Program-made: the position numbers and the translations under genes
Virus genome (UHGV): UHGV-0294267
Direction: 5' to 3' (one strand)
DNA: 43,190 bases
Origin: a virus
Shown: piece by piece, positions 16,440 to 27,197 of the stretch
How the letters are laid out: every line of letters begins with the position of its first letter
Numbering within the stretch: position 1 is the first letter of the stretch
Notes under the pieces: model-generated
Told to the model about the DNA's origin: nothing
Databases searched by the model: none
Seen by the model: only the letters and a program-made list of their open reading frames with translations

Positions 16440-16506
16440 TGGCGGCTACGCGCTGCATGGAAATAAGTAGTAATCGCGCTCATACCCCGCCAATGAGGAA
16501 AGAACA

Positions 16507-16740
16507 ATGATCACCATTGAAAACGAAGAGGCAAAAAAGCTGCTGGAACTGATGAAAGCCCGCTTTCTTAAAGCCCACCTGAATACAGCCATGTACGGCG
16601 CAGCTGCTTACGCGAACGGCAATTCTGACCGTGTGATTTTACGCGCAGTAAAAAACGGTGACGCCCCTGAACTGAAAATCCTGATGGCCACTATGGGTCT
16701 CATCCCTGAAGAGGAAGACAACATTGAAAAAACTGCATGA
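16507..16740 (+). CDS. hypothetical protein (77 aa)
   Basis: ORF only. Confidence 0.4.
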   Translation: MITIENEEAKKLLELMKARFLKAHLNTAMYGAAAYANGNSDRVILRAVKNGDAPELKILMATMGLIPEEEDNIEKTA

Positions 16741-16984
16741 GTTAGACACCAGTATTCAGGTGGAAATCGTCAAAAGCGCTGGAGCTGTTCTGGCTAAAAA
16801 TTTCGGCTGGCCCGGCGGAGCGGATGGAACGCAGGCTGCAAAGGATATCGTCACCGCCGTTGTAGATGCATTCCTGTCGCTTTACCCGGAAGAAAAAACG
16901 CAGGCGGAAAAAATCGAAGATCCAAAAAACGATCCCGAAGAAATCCCCCAAAAACGGAAATACACCCGCCGCAGCACGGAGTAA
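16724..16984 (+). CDS. hypothetical acidic protein (86 aa; the track start is a TTG)
   Basis: ORF only. The start codon is uncertain. Confidence 0.35.
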   Translation: MKKLHELDTSIQVEIVKSAGAVLAKNFGWPGGADGTQAAKDIVTAVVDAFLSLYPEEKTQAEKIEDPKNDPEEIPQKRKYTRRSTE

Positions 16985-16990
16985 CGAGAT

Positions 16991-17443
16991 ATGGCCGCGC
17001 CAAAAGGTAATAAGTTCTGGCTGGCACGCAGCAAACACGGGAGAAACCCAAAATTTTCTGACCCTGAAAAGCTGTGGGAAGCCTGCTGCGAATATTTTGA
17101 TTGGGTGGAAAAACATCCCCTGTGGGAAACCAAAGCATTCAGTTTTCAGGGGACCATTACTAAAGCCAGACTCCCGAAAATGCGTGCTATGACGCTTAGC
17201 GGCTTGTTTCTGTTCCTCGATATCGACCGGAAGACGTGGGAAGCATACGCGAAGAAAAAAGATTTACTCCCGATCACTACGCGAGTTGAAAGCCTCATAT
17301 ATGAGCAGAAATTTTCCGGCGCTGCCGCTGATCTGCTTAACGCCAACATCATTGCCCGCGAACTTGGGCTGGTGGAGAAAAAATCTGTTGAGGGTGATCT
17401 GGAAATGACCGTCAAGGTTAAGCACTTCAACGAAAAAGAATAG
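16991..17443 (+). CDS. terminase small subunit (P22 gp3-like)
   Basis: The N-terminus [22 protein letters not shown]...[13 protein letters not shown] and the C-terminal [22 protein letters not shown] closely match P22 gp3 as I remember it. Confidence 0.8.
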   Translation: MAAPKGNKFWLARSKHGRNPKFSDPEKLWEACCEYFDWVEKHPLWETKAFSFQGTITKARLPKMRAMTLSGLFLFLDIDRKTWEAYAKKKDLLPITTRVESLIYEQKFSGAAADLLNANIIARELGLVEKKSVEGDLEMTVKVKHFNEKE

Positions 17444-17527
17444 CCAGGTGTTTTTATTGCCTGGTTAATCGGTTGAGTGAGAAAAATCCCGGCATTTTAT
17501 CCAGAAAAGTGAATAGGACGTGAACAA

Positions 17528-18922
17528 ATGGCAGAAATTATCCTCCCCGCGAACAACTGGACACCACGCCCTCATCAGCGCCGGGCATGGGCTGAAATTC
17601 AGGGTGGGAAAAAAAGGGCTGCGCTGTGTTGGCCGCGCCGTTACGGGAAAGACGATTTCAGCCTGCACATGACAGCATGTAAGGCATTCGAGCGTGTCGG
17701 GAACTATGCCCACTGCCTGCCGCAGGCGAACCAGGTAAGAAAGGCTATCTGGAAGGCGGTTAACCCGAGAACTGGACGTCTTCGTATCGATGAGGCTTTT
17801 CCTCATGAACTGAGAAGAAAAACGCTCGATAACGAGATGATGATCGAGTTCATCAACGGTTCCACCTGGCAGGCAGTCGGCAGCGACAACTATGGTGCGC
17901 TAATTGGTTCCGGTCATGTGGGGATTGTTTTCTCAGAATGGGCACTAAGTAACCCCTCTGCGTGGGCATTTTTGCGACCGATACTGGCTGATAACGGCGG
18001 CTGGGCGTTTTTTGTCTCCACTCCACGCGGAAAAAACCATTTCTACAAAATGTTCCAGGGCGGGTTAAAGGATCCTGACAACTGGTTTTGTGACCATCTA
18101 AGCGCTGACATTACGCTGCATATCCCACCTGAAACACTCGCTCAAGAGTTGCGCGAGATGCAGGCAGAGCGCGGTGAAGAAGAGGGGCAGGCGCTGTTCA
18201 ATCAGGAATACATGTGCGACTGGAACGCTGCAATACCCGGCGCCTATTACTCATCGATCTTGGTTGGACTGGAGAAGGCCGGGCAAATAGGAAATGTGCC
18301 GTGGGATCCCCAGTATGAGGTTTACACGTCATGGGACCTGGGCATTGGCGACGCAACGGCCATCTGGTTTTTTCAGTTTATCGGCAAAGAGGTGCGCGTC
18401 ATTGATTATTACGAATCTTCAGGCGTTGGCCTGGAGCACTACGTAAAAATATTGCGCGAGAAACCGTATACCTATGCTGAGCGTCATTTCTTCCCACACG
18501 ATGTACGCGCCCGAGAACTGAGCACCGGCGCATCACGAGAAGAGACGCTGGGCAAGCTGGGGATACGCTGTAATGTACTGCCGGCCACATCGGTTGATGA
18601 TGGTATCAGCGAGGTGCGTATGATGCTGCGATCCTGCTGGTTCGATAAGACCAAATGCGAAAAAGGCCTGGAGGCTCTGGGAGAGTATCAAAAAGAGTGG
18701 GACGACACTCGCAAAATGTATAAGCCAACCCCTCTGCATAACTGGACGTCTCACGGTGCAGACTCGTTCCGCTATGGTTCAGTAGGCAGTAAGTCTTTGC
18801 GAAGCGGCAACCGCCACACAACCCAGCAATTTGCCCAGTCCAATTACGATCCTTATAACCCTCCCGGACATAGCCAGCAGTTTTACGCTGATTCCGAATG
18901 GGATCTGTACGGGGATAACTGA
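17528..18922 (+). CDS. terminase large subunit
   Basis: 464 aa following the small subunit. It has an N-terminal ATPase region and a C-terminal nuclease region (acidic residues around DLGIGDATAIWFF). Confidence 0.85.
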   Translation: MAEIILPANNWTPRPHQRRAWAEIQGGKKRAALCWPRRYGKDDFSLHMTACKAFERVGNYAHCLPQANQVRKAIWKAVNPRTGRLRIDEAFPHELRRKTLDNEMMIEFINGSTWQAVGSDNYGALIGSGHVGIVFSEWALSNPSAWAFLRPILADNGGWAFFVSTPRGKNHFYKMFQGGLKDPDNWFCDHLSADITLHIPPETLAQELREMQAERGEEEGQALFNQEYMCDWNAAIPGAYYSSILVGLEKAGQIGNVPWDPQYEVYTSWDLGIGDATAIWFFQFIGKEVRVIDYYESSGVGLEHYVKILREKPYTYAERHFFPHDVRARELSTGASREETLGKLGIRCNVLPATSVDDGISEVRMMLRSCWFDKTKCEKGLEALGEYQKEWDDTRKMYKPTPLHNWTSHGADSFRYGSVGSKSLRSGNRHTTQQFAQSNYDPYNPPGHSQQFYADSEWDLYGDN

Positions 18923-20586
18923 TGTCAGACCAAAAAACACACGAAAATGAATCAGAGCGTATCGGCCGGATATTGCGTGAGCAAAAAAGTATGGAAACCG
19001 ATCGTTCTGTATTCGAACAGCACTGGCAGGAAATAGCTGAGCGTATTCTGCCGCGCAGTGCCGAGTTCAAGGGGACTAGGCAGAAGGGCGGTAAACGTAC
19101 CGAGAAAGCGATAGATGCTACCGGCGCGCTGGCGCTGCAAAAATTCGGAGCGGCCATCGAGTCAGTTATCACCCCGAGAACACAGAAATGGCACACTCTC
19201 AGCAATGAGCGATTCGCTGATGATGAAGAGGTGCAGCGTTATTTCCAGGAGGTTCGCGATATCCTCTTCCGCCTCCGCTATGCGCCGTGGGCCAATTTCG
19301 CTTCGCAATCTCATGAGCATTATATTTCTTCAGGCGCATTCGGGACCGGCTGCACGTTCGTTGATAACGTGGTCGGAAAAGGCCCGCGTTATTGCACATA
19401 TCATTTACGCGAAATCTATTTCACTGAAAACTTTCAGGGGATGATCGATATCGTCCACCGAAAATATTGCATGACTGCCCGCCAAGCTATTCAGCAATTT
19501 GGTGAAGAAAATCTTCCCGAACAGGTAAAAACAACCGCGAAGAGTGACCCTTCAAAGCAGTTCAACTTCCTGCACCGCGTCGAGCCAAACGATAAGCGTG
19601 ACATGTCACGACAGGACAAAGAGGGAATGCCTTTCCGGTCTGTGCATATTTGCATGGATGGCAGCAAGATTGTTCAGGAGGGCGGCTACTGGTCACAACC
19701 CTACGCAATCAGCCGCTATTACACCGCTCCTGGCGAGGTTTACGGTCGCTCACCGGCAATGGTTGTGCTGCCGGATATCAAGCTGCTGAACGAAATCAAC
19801 CGCGCCATCATCGAGGGGGCACAGATGGCCGTTCGTCCGCCTATGCTGCTGCCGGAAGACGGCATACTGCAACCGTTCAAAATGATGCCTGGCGCGTTGA
19901 ACTTCGGTGGAATGAATCGTGATGGTAAGCCGCTGGCCGTGCCGTTGAATACCGCAACAGATTTCAGCGTGGCGATGACGCTGGCCGAACAGAAGCGCCA
20001 GACCATTAACGACGGATTTTTTATCACACTGTTCCAGATCCTCGTTGATAACCCACAAATGACCGCCACTGAAGCCATGTTGCGCGCGCAGGAGAAAGGC
20101 CAACTGCTGGCACCGACCGCCGGGCGAATTCAGGCTGAGTTTCTTGGGACTTTGATCCTAAGGGAAATTGATATTGCTTATCAGAATGGGCTGCTGCCGG
20201 ATCCCCCGGAACAGCTGAAAGAATCTGGTAGCGAATATGATATCGAATATACCAGCCCGCTGGTGCGTCTGCAGATGAGTGAAGAAGCGAGCGGGATTAT
20301 GAACGTCGTTAATGCTGCCGGTACTATCGGGCAGTTTGATCAGAATATCGCCCGCACCCTGAATGGCGATGCCGCATTGCGCTTTATTGCTAAAGCCAGT
20401 GGCGCACCGCTGCAGGTGGTTAAAACCGAAGAAGAAATGGCTGCGCAGGATGCCGCAGATCAGCAGCAGCAGCAGCTACAGCAGTTACTTGCTGCGGCGC
20501 CGGTGGCTGCAACCGCAGCTAAAGATTTCGCCCAGGCCAACCAGATAGCACAAACTCCAGCGCCGTCGCCGGCGTTACAGGGATAA
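18922..20586 (+). CDS. portal protein
   Basis: 554 aa immediately after the large terminase, with an overlapping stop/start (TGATG). Size and position fit a podovirus portal. Confidence 0.65.
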   Translation: MSDQKTHENESERIGRILREQKSMETDRSVFEQHWQEIAERILPRSAEFKGTRQKGGKRTEKAIDATGALALQKFGAAIESVITPRTQKWHTLSNERFADDEEVQRYFQEVRDILFRLRYAPWANFASQSHEHYISSGAFGTGCTFVDNVVGKGPRYCTYHLREIYFTENFQGMIDIVHRKYCMTARQAIQQFGEENLPEQVKTTAKSDPSKQFNFLHRVEPNDKRDMSRQDKEGMPFRSVHICMDGSKIVQEGGYWSQPYAISRYYTAPGEVYGRSPAMVVLPDIKLLNEINRAIIEGAQMAVRPPMLLPEDGILQPFKMMPGALNFGGMNRDGKPLAVPLNTATDFSVAMTLAEQKRQTINDGFFITLFQILVDNPQMTATEAMLRAQEKGQLLAPTAGRIQAEFLGTLILREIDIAYQNGLLPDPPEQLKESGSEYDIEYTSPLVRLQMSEEASGIMNVVNAAGTIGQFDQNIARTLNGDAALRFIAKASGAPLQVVKTEEEMAAQDAADQQQQQLQQLLAAAPVAATAAKDFAQANQIAQTPAPSPALQG

Positions 20587-20912
20587 TGATGAACCGTATA
20601 AAAAGTCTATGGCTCACGCTGAACCGTGCGCGGGCTTTTCAGTCAGTCTTTGGCACCCCGGGGAACATGACGCCGGAACAAAAAGTTGTCATCAGGCTGC
20701 TGGCGAAACTCTGCCACGTCAATTCTTCCAGCGTTGCCATTTCACCAACGACTCAGCAAACCGACCCATACGCCGTATTTGTTTCGGAAGGGCGCCGGGA
20801 AGTTTTCCTGCACATAAACCACTATCTCGGCCTGTCGCAATCTGATATTGCCGCAATGATCGCCGAAGAGATGAACGAACTTAACGAGGACGACAACAAT
20901 GAATCTGTTTGA
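20586..20912 (+). CDS. hypothetical head-module protein (108 aa)
   Basis: Overlapping start/stop with the portal gene. It has an acidic C-terminus. Confidence 0.4.
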   Translation: MMNRIKSLWLTLNRARAFQSVFGTPGNMTPEQKVVIRLLAKLCHVNSSSVAISPTTQQTDPYAVFVSEGRREVFLHINHYLGLSQSDIAAMIAEEMNELNEDDNNESV

Positions 20913-21624
20913 ACGCTTAATCCTGCGCCGTCTGATGAATGCAACTGTTGAAGGTGGGGAAGATGGTGGCGCTGCTGCAGGTGTCGATTCTGCCGCACAG
21001 CAGCAGAATAGCGATCCGACCCAGCAGCAAAACCTTTTAAATCCGGGCGAGCAGCAACAGCAGCAAGCCGCCCAGCAGCAGTCGCAGACCGCCGCACCCT
21101 TCCTCGAAAAACTGCCTGACGAAGGTGATGCAAAAGGCTGGCAGGATCTGTACGCGAAACTGGGCCGCCCGGAAAAAATTGAAGATTACGGTATTAAAGC
21201 CCCCGACGGTGTAGACGGCACGTTTTTGAATACAGCTCTGGGCTGGATGCATGAAAGCGGACTGAATAAAAAACAGGCCGAAACGGTAATTAATAAATTC
21301 AACGAATATGCCGCCGGACAACAAAAAAGTGCCCAGGAAAATATTGCTAATCAAAATGCCGCTAACCGGGAAAAGGTTATTAAGTCCTGGGGAAGTGAAG
21401 TCGAGGCAAATACTGCAATTCTGCAGAACGCGGTGCAACGATTCTTCCCTGACGCGGTGATTGAGAAATTCAATAGCGCGGGCCTGCTCAATGACCCCGA
21501 CCTTGTAAATGCAGTCCTGGCGATCGGTAAAGCGCTGGGTGAAGACAAAACAGTTACTGCCGCAGCGCCGGGCAATGCAGCAGAAAAAGACATTGCTCAC
21601 CGCATGTGGCCGAACATGCAATAA
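20899..21624 (+). CDS. putative scaffolding protein (Q-rich, helical)
   Basis: 241 aa between portal and capsid genes. It has a low-complexity Q-rich N-terminus and a helical remainder. Confidence 0.4.
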   Translation: MNLFERLILRRLMNATVEGGEDGGAAAGVDSAAQQQNSDPTQQQNLLNPGEQQQQQAAQQQSQTAAPFLEKLPDEGDAKGWQDLYAKLGRPEKIEDYGIKAPDGVDGTFLNTALGWMHESGLNKKQAETVINKFNEYAAGQQKSAQENIANQNAANREKVIKSWGSEVEANTAILQNAVQRFFPDAVIEKFNSAGLLNDPDLVNAVLAIGKALGEDKTVTAAAPGNAAEKDIAHRMWPNMQ

Positions 21625-21634
21625 GGAGTTTTAG

Positions 21635-22630
21635 ATGCCAACACTTACCGGCTTACCGACTCTCTGGGACGCTGCAAGGTTGCTTGATCCCGATGGCACC
21701 TCTGCGAACGTCGCCGAGGTCCTGGACCAGGACAACGAAATGCTGTGGGATTGTCCGTTTTATGAAGGTAACCTGCCGACCGGCACGCGCATCACAACCC
21801 GTACTGGTTTACCTGCTGTGTACTGGCGCAAGCTGAACAAAGGTATTCCGGAAAGCAAGGCAACCACTGCGCAGGTCGATGAAACTACCGGTCTTCTTGA
21901 GGCCCGCTCTCAGGTTGATGTTCGGGTTGCTGCGCTGAATGGCAATACCGCAGGTTTTCGCTTCAACCAGTCTAAACCGTTCATGGAAGCGATGAACCAG
22001 AAGGCTCAATTCCAGATGCTTAACGGTACGCTTGTTGGACAACCGGAGGCATTCCTGGGCATTGCTCCACGTTTCAGCGATTTGTCTGCGCCTAATGCCG
22101 ACAACATCATCGATGCTGGCGGTACTGGTGCGAATCTCACCTCGATTTACCTCATCGGGTGGGCGCCAGACAAAGTCTACGGGATTTTCCCGAAAGGCTC
22201 TAAAGCAGGTCTGACACACCGTGATCTGGGTGAGGGTGACGCCTTTGATGATGACGGCAACCGCTTCAGGGCGTTGATGGACCTTTACACTTGGGATCTT
22301 GGTATTGCGCTGCATGACTGGCGCTATGTCGTCCGCATCGCAAACATTGATGTTACCGCTCTGCGTACTAACGCTAATGCGGGTGCAAACCTCATCAAAC
22401 TGATGGCTATCGCGGAAGAGCGCATTCAGTCACTGGTTGGTGTAAGCCCGGCTTATTACATGAACCGCACACTGCGTGCGATGCTGCGCCTGCAGCTGGT
22501 AGATGCCGTGAAAAACTCAACCCTGACCATGGAAATGGCTGGTGGACGTCGCGTGATGTTCTTTGGAGAGGTACCGGTGCGCCGGGTTGACCAGTTAAAA
22601 ATCGGGGAAGATCAGGTCGTCGCCTCTTAA
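21635..22630 (+). CDS. major capsid protein (HK97 fold)
   Basis: 331 aa with a strong ribosome-binding site (AAGGAG). Size and position fit a major capsid protein downstream of the scaffold. Confidence 0.7.
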   Translation: MPTLTGLPTLWDAARLLDPDGTSANVAEVLDQDNEMLWDCPFYEGNLPTGTRITTRTGLPAVYWRKLNKGIPESKATTAQVDETTGLLEARSQVDVRVAALNGNTAGFRFNQSKPFMEAMNQKAQFQMLNGTLVGQPEAFLGIAPRFSDLSAPNADNIIDAGGTGANLTSIYLIGWAPDKVYGIFPKGSKAGLTHRDLGEGDAFDDDGNRFRALMDLYTWDLGIALHDWRYVVRIANIDVTALRTNANAGANLIKLMAIAEERIQSLVGVSPAYYMNRTLRAMLRLQLVDAVKNSTLTMEMAGGRRVMFFGEVPVRRVDQLKIGEDQVVAS

Positions 22631-22668
22631 CGGGGCGATTTTCCGGTTTACTTTTTCAGGAGATAACC

Positions 22669-23142
22669 ATGTTTGTAGATGCCCAGCTTGAATTTTCTGA
22701 CTCCCAGGTGATCACCGCCTCGGCAGCCAGCACGAACATTATCGATTTCAACCCGGCGTTTAATTACAACACTTTGATTGATGCGGGGGCAGGCGAGCCG
22801 ACTTTTCTGGTTGTGATTCCGTCGGTCACATTCGCGGCTGCAGGGGCTGCGACGCTCGCGATTGAGTTGCGCGCTTATGCCAACGAGGACAAAAGCGACA
22901 CACCAACTGTGATTTTCTCGACCCCGGCAAAAGCAGTGGCAACTCTCAAGGCCGGAAGGCCTGCGGTTGTCGTGGCGTTGCCCTCGGCCGACTATAAGCG
23001 ATTTTTAAGTTTGCAATATACCGTGGCAACAGGGCCTTTCACCGCGGGCGCAGTGGATGCATTCATCACGAAAGATGCTCAGACTTGGCGTTCTTACGCC
23101 AATAACGTCGAGTTCGCCGCGCTTAATCTCAGCAACGCTTAA
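22669..23142 (+). CDS. putative capsid decoration/stabilisation protein
   Basis: 157 aa, Ala/Thr-rich and beta-type. It follows the capsid gene and is followed by a strong terminator. Confidence 0.35.
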   Translation: MFVDAQLEFSDSQVITASAASTNIIDFNPAFNYNTLIDAGAGEPTFLVVIPSVTFAAAGAATLAIELRAYANEDKSDTPTVIFSTPAKAVATLKAGRPAVVVALPSADYKRFLSLQYTVATGPFTAGAVDAFITKDAQTWRSYANNVEFAALNLSNA

Positions 23143-23165
23143 TTTGGGTGGAGTTAGTGCGTTTT

Positions 23166-23190
23166 CAGGGGCTGCGGCCCCTGCTTTTTT
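23166..23190 (+). terminator. rho-independent terminator after the capsid gene cluster
   Basis: Hairpin CAGGGGC-TGCG-GCCCCTG followed by CTTTTTT. Confidence 0.75.
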
Positions 23191-23200
23191 ATGAGGTATT

Positions 23201-23809
23201 ATGATGACCGGTCAGACAGATATCATGAATCTGGCGCTGGTTTCCTTCCTGGGATCCGATCATCTCATGGATCGGGGTGAACAGGATAAAAACACGCGCG
23301 TGATGAACCTGATTTACAATCCACTCCTCGAAAAATTACAGCGCGAATATGCATGGAATTTTTGCGCCCGCAGCGTCCAGCTCACCCCGCTAAATAAAAC
23401 GCCTGTCATTGACTATCAATACGCCTATCAGCTGCCTGTTGATTTAATGGTACTGGTATCGGTTGGTGATATGTACTATGGCCACGATTTCACCGAGTAC
23501 GATCCGCGCCTGGTAACCGCTGAATACAGAATCGAGGGGCGGGAGCTGCTTACGAACCTACCGCCGCCGTTAAGTCTGCGCTATCGGGCCAGGGTGACCG
23601 ATGCTTCTAAGTTCGATTCCACCTTTGTTGACGCGCTGGCGTGCATGCTGGCAATCCGTTCCTGTAAGGCGGTGACCGGGAAAGACACGTTGAAATCGTC
23701 ATTGCTTGATGAATTTCAGATGATTATCTCCGGCGCAGTTCGCGCCAACGCCATTGAGAAGCCAAGCGAAAAATTTCCGCCCTCAACATGGATGGAGGCC
23801 CGTTTGTAA
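23201..23809 (+). CDS. virion protein (head-tail adaptor or tail tube A candidate)
   Basis: 202 aa. It is the first gene after the capsid terminator and is coupled (TAATG) to the next large gene. Confidence 0.4.
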   Translation: MMTGQTDIMNLALVSFLGSDHLMDRGEQDKNTRVMNLIYNPLLEKLQREYAWNFCARSVQLTPLNKTPVIDYQYAYQLPVDLMVLVSVGDMYYGHDFTEYDPRLVTAEYRIEGRELLTNLPPPLSLRYRARVTDASKFDSTFVDALACMLAIRSCKAVTGKDTLKSSLLDEFQMIISGAVRANAIEKPSEKFPPSTWMEARL

Positions 23810-26085
23810 TGGCAAAAATCCGCCCCATAAAACGCAGCTTCAATGCCGGCATACTTTCGCCGGTAATGTATGGACAGGTCGATTTTGATAAATGGGCCAG
23901 TGCCGTCAAGCGTATGAAAAACTTTATACCTCTGCCACAGGGGCCAGCGCGTCGCCGAGGCGGTACGCAATACGTTGGTTCCGTGAAGGAGAGCACACAG
24001 CGCGTCTGGCTGTCCTCATTCCAGTTCAGTACCACAGAGGCCTTCATACTTGAATTTGGGCCAGAATATATCCGTTTCTGGTTTAACCACACTCAGCTCC
24101 TGGACGACGATAATAATATTCTGGAAGTTCCGACACCTTGGGGGGCTGGTGATTTAACACGCAACGGGAAGTTTGGTTTATCGCTGCAGCAATCAGCGGA
24201 CGTGATTTATATCACCTGCACAAACGGTCTTTACCCTGTTTATAAGCTGACCAGAAACACAAATACAAACTGGAGTTTGTCAAAAGCAAAATTTTCCGGG
24301 GGACCGTTCGCTGATATTAATTCTGACAAATCCAGCGTCGTTTACACCGATCAGTTCAGGATCTGGTCTGAGGATGGCAACGATTTGCCTGATGGCACAC
24401 CAACCACTACAAGCCTGTGCAACATCACGGCCAACACCGATATTTTTCAGGCTTCGCATGTAGGGTGTCTTTTTTACATCGAGGCCAGCACTGACGCAGT
24501 GGATGATGATACCGGTCATAGCGGTTACATACCCGCCTGGGCCGCCGGCACGACGGAAACATTCTCTGCTGGTGTCTTCTGCCGTTCAGATGGCAAATAT
24601 TACGAAGATATGGATGGCACCAAGACCGGTAATACGCAACCGACATGGACAGCTGGCGCTCACAGGGATGGTAGCGGCGGTGATGCGTCACTCTGGCGTT
24701 ATTCAGGTGGTGGTTGGGGGATCATTGAGATAACGGCAGTCAACAGCGCCACATCCGCAACCGGAAAGATTGTCACTGAATTACCACCTAGTGTCAGAAA
24801 CACCGTTGGCAAAACATATAAATACGCGTTCGGGGATTGGTCTGATGTTCTCCGATATCCCCAGTTTGCCGCGTTTTTCCGGGGGCGCTTGGTCTTCGCT
24901 GGCCGGCAAAAAATATGGTCCAGCGTCGCGGGTGATCTGCAGAACTTCAGCCCAATGACAAATGGTTATGAGGCTGAAAGCGACGACTCAATAAATGACC
25001 GTATCGATGATACGCAGGACACTATGCAATGGCTTGTAGCGTCTGCCGGCAAAGTGTTTATCGGAACCGCTGGGTATGAATTTTCCTACGGCGAGCAAAG
25101 CCTGACATCTGTTTTCGGTGCCGGAAATACGAAGGTAGAACTCAATAGCACAATCGGAAGCAACGAGGTACAGGCAGAGCGTCTGTTTGATCGCGTTGCG
25201 TTTGTGCAGCGTGCCGGGCGTAAGGTAATGATTGCCGCCTATGATTCCGGCAGCGATTCATTTTCTGCGACAAACTCCAGCATTCTGGCGCCACATATTT
25301 TCACTTCAGAAATTATTGCACTGGCGTACCAGCAAGAGCCTAACCGCATTCTCTGGGTATTACTGGAAGAGGGTAAGCTTCTGGGCCTTACATATGATGC
25401 CGAGCAAAATATAACTGGCTGGCATGAGCACGAGACTGGGGGAACGGTAGAAAGCATCAAGGTCATTCCGGATATTGACGGCGGCCGTGATGAGTTGTGG
25501 ATGGTAGTAAGGCGAACCATAAACGGCGCAACGGTACGCTATCTGGAATACATGCTGCCGGAATATGACAGCGCGTTTATCACCCAAGAATGGGCGCGGG
25601 TACTGGATTGTATGGCGACGTATAACGGTGATGCGACAACCGTTATATCCGGCCTGGAGTTCCTGGAAGGGCAAACCGTTGCAGTGGTAACCGATGGCGC
25701 GACGCACGCATCCCGGCTGGTTAGCGACGGAAAAATAACGCTCGACTGGGAATCATCGGTGGTGCATGTCGGCCTCAATAACGCGGCTGAAATCGTTACC
25801 CTACCGCTGGAAGGTGGCATAAAACGCTTTGCCAAAGCACGGCTGCGTTTCCTCGATACGCTGGGAGGTAAGTTCGGCGATGATGGCGGCAAGTATCTGG
25901 ATAAACTTCGCGCCAGGGATTATTCCGACAATATGGATGAGGTGCCCTCGCTGTTTAATGGTGTGGTAACCGTTCCGTGGCCGGGCGAGTTTAATGAAAA
26001 TGGCAGTATCCGTATTGTTCAGGACCTTCCGCAGCCAATGACCATCGTCAGCATCGATCCAGTCGGAGAGATTGAAGATGACTGA
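23809..26085 (+). CDS. large virion/tail protein (758 aa), podovirus tail tubular protein B-like
   Basis: The ATG at 23809 overlaps the upstream stop. Size and order resemble a T7 gp12-type nozzle protein. Confidence 0.45.
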   Translation: MAKIRPIKRSFNAGILSPVMYGQVDFDKWASAVKRMKNFIPLPQGPARRRGGTQYVGSVKESTQRVWLSSFQFSTTEAFILEFGPEYIRFWFNHTQLLDDDNNILEVPTPWGAGDLTRNGKFGLSLQQSADVIYITCTNGLYPVYKLTRNTNTNWSLSKAKFSGGPFADINSDKSSVVYTDQFRIWSEDGNDLPDGTPTTTSLCNITANTDIFQASHVGCLFYIEASTDAVDDDTGHSGYIPAWAAGTTETFSAGVFCRSDGKYYEDMDGTKTGNTQPTWTAGAHRDGSGGDASLWRYSGGGWGIIEITAVNSATSATGKIVTELPPSVRNTVGKTYKYAFGDWSDVLRYPQFAAFFRGRLVFAGRQKIWSSVAGDLQNFSPMTNGYEAESDDSINDRIDDTQDTMQWLVASAGKVFIGTAGYEFSYGEQSLTSVFGAGNTKVELNSTIGSNEVQAERLFDRVAFVQRAGRKVMIAAYDSGSDSFSATNSSILAPHIFTSEIIALAYQQEPNRILWVLLEEGKLLGLTYDAEQNITGWHEHETGGTVESIKVIPDIDGGRDELWMVVRRTINGATVRYLEYMLPEYDSAFITQEWARVLDCMATYNGDATTVISGLEFLEGQTVAVVTDGATHASRLVSDGKITLDWESSVVHVGLNNAAEIVTLPLEGGIKRFAKARLRFLDTLGGKFGDDGGKYLDKLRARDYSDNMDEVPSLFNGVVTVPWPGEFNENGSIRIVQDLPQPMTIVSIDPVGEIEDD

Positions 26086-26479
26086 ACCCGTAATTGTCCG
26101 CCTTGAGGAGTTCCACATTCATGAAATATTCCAAGACCCATTACCGCAGGAAGCTGTTGCGGCGCTGGTATCTTTCCCGTCGTTTGCGATGGAATACGGA
26201 GATAAGACACTTGCGGCTGGCGGTGCCATCCAGATAGCACCTGGGCGTGTCAGACTCTGGCTAAATACCGTCCCCGGCGCAGAGGTATTCCCCGTTCATA
26301 TTTTCCGCACTGCCCGGAAATTTACCGAAATCGCGCTGGCCGAAAATCATCGAGTGGAATGCATCTGCACCGATAACTTATCCGCCCGCGTCGCAAAAAT
26401 GCTCAGTTACCAGCAAGACGCTATTATCCGCAGTTATCAGCCTGGCTGTGACGCCAGGTTATTTTCAATCGTGAGGTGA
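26078..26479 (+). CDS. hypothetical virion-module protein (133 aa)
   Basis: ATG within ATGACTGA, overlapping the upstream stop. Confidence 0.4.
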   Translation: MTEPVIVRLEEFHIHEIFQDPLPQEAVAALVSFPSFAMEYGDKTLAAGGAIQIAPGRVRLWLNTVPGAEVFPVHIFRTARKFTEIALAENHRVECICTDNLSARVAKMLSYQQDAIIRSYQPGCDARLFSIVR

Positions 26480-26763
26480 TCATGCTGTTTAAACGTAAAT
26501 CCACATTGGAAGCCGATCCCGCAACATGGACTGCTGGCGCCGCTGTTCTTTCTGCTGGGGTGGGTACTTATTCAGCGATATCCAATGCCAACAAAAAAGG
26601 TTCAGTAATAAAGCCTTCATCGCCGGTTACTCAGGATACCTCTATCGCTGAGTCTGATGATCTGCTGCGTCGCCGGCAGCGGCAGGGGAATCAGGGAAAC
26701 GTAACGGGAGCCTCTGGCACCGCCGTTAATACTTCAGGTCAGAAAATGTTGCTAGGTGGCTGA
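26476..26763 (+). CDS. hypothetical virion-module protein (95 aa)
   Basis: Overlapping starts and stops on both sides. Confidence 0.4.
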   Translation: MIMLFKRKSTLEADPATWTAGAAVLSAGVGTYSAISNANKKGSVIKPSSPVTQDTSIAESDDLLRRRQRQGNQGNVTGASGTAVNTSGQKMLLGG

Positions 26764-27194
26764 TGATCGTTTCGTTTGAGCCGTGGCACCTGGCGGCCAT
26801 TACGCCGCAACCGCATCAGGTCGGTAGTATCAGGAATGAGCAGCACGCGGGGAACATAGCCAGCGTCGGCGCGTTTACCTGTCTGCACAACGGCCAGCCT
26901 GTGGCTATAGGTGGCATTGTGCCAGCGGATAAATATGGACTGGTTTTCGACAGCGGTATCGGGTGCGCCTGGATGATTATTTCAGCTGACATTCCTCATC
27001 TCTGGCCGGAGATATTCAGGGCAACCCGCCGGGAACTACACAAGGCGCTGGTGAACTATCACCGTATTGAGGCCAGCACCACATTCCCGGAAGGTGAAAG
27101 AATGCTGGCGATGCTGGGTATGCAATGTGAAGGATATCTGAAGAAGTTCAACCACCGGGGCGAGGATTCAACTCTGTGGGCGATAACGAGGTAA
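26763..27194 (+). CDS. hypothetical virion-module protein (143 aa)
   Basis: Translationally coupled ORF. Confidence 0.4.
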   Translation: MIVSFEPWHLAAITPQPHQVGSIRNEQHAGNIASVGAFTCLHNGQPVAIGGIVPADKYGLVFDSGIGCAWMIISADIPHLWPEIFRATRRELHKALVNYHRIEASTTFPEGERMLAMLGMQCEGYLKKFNHRGEDSTLWAITR

Positions 27195-27197
27195 TTT

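Noticed and set aside
20950-21110. CAG/CAA-rich repetitive DNA
   Set aside because: It is coding low-complexity DNA. It gives the Gln-rich N-terminus of the putative scaffolding protein and is not a separate repeat element.
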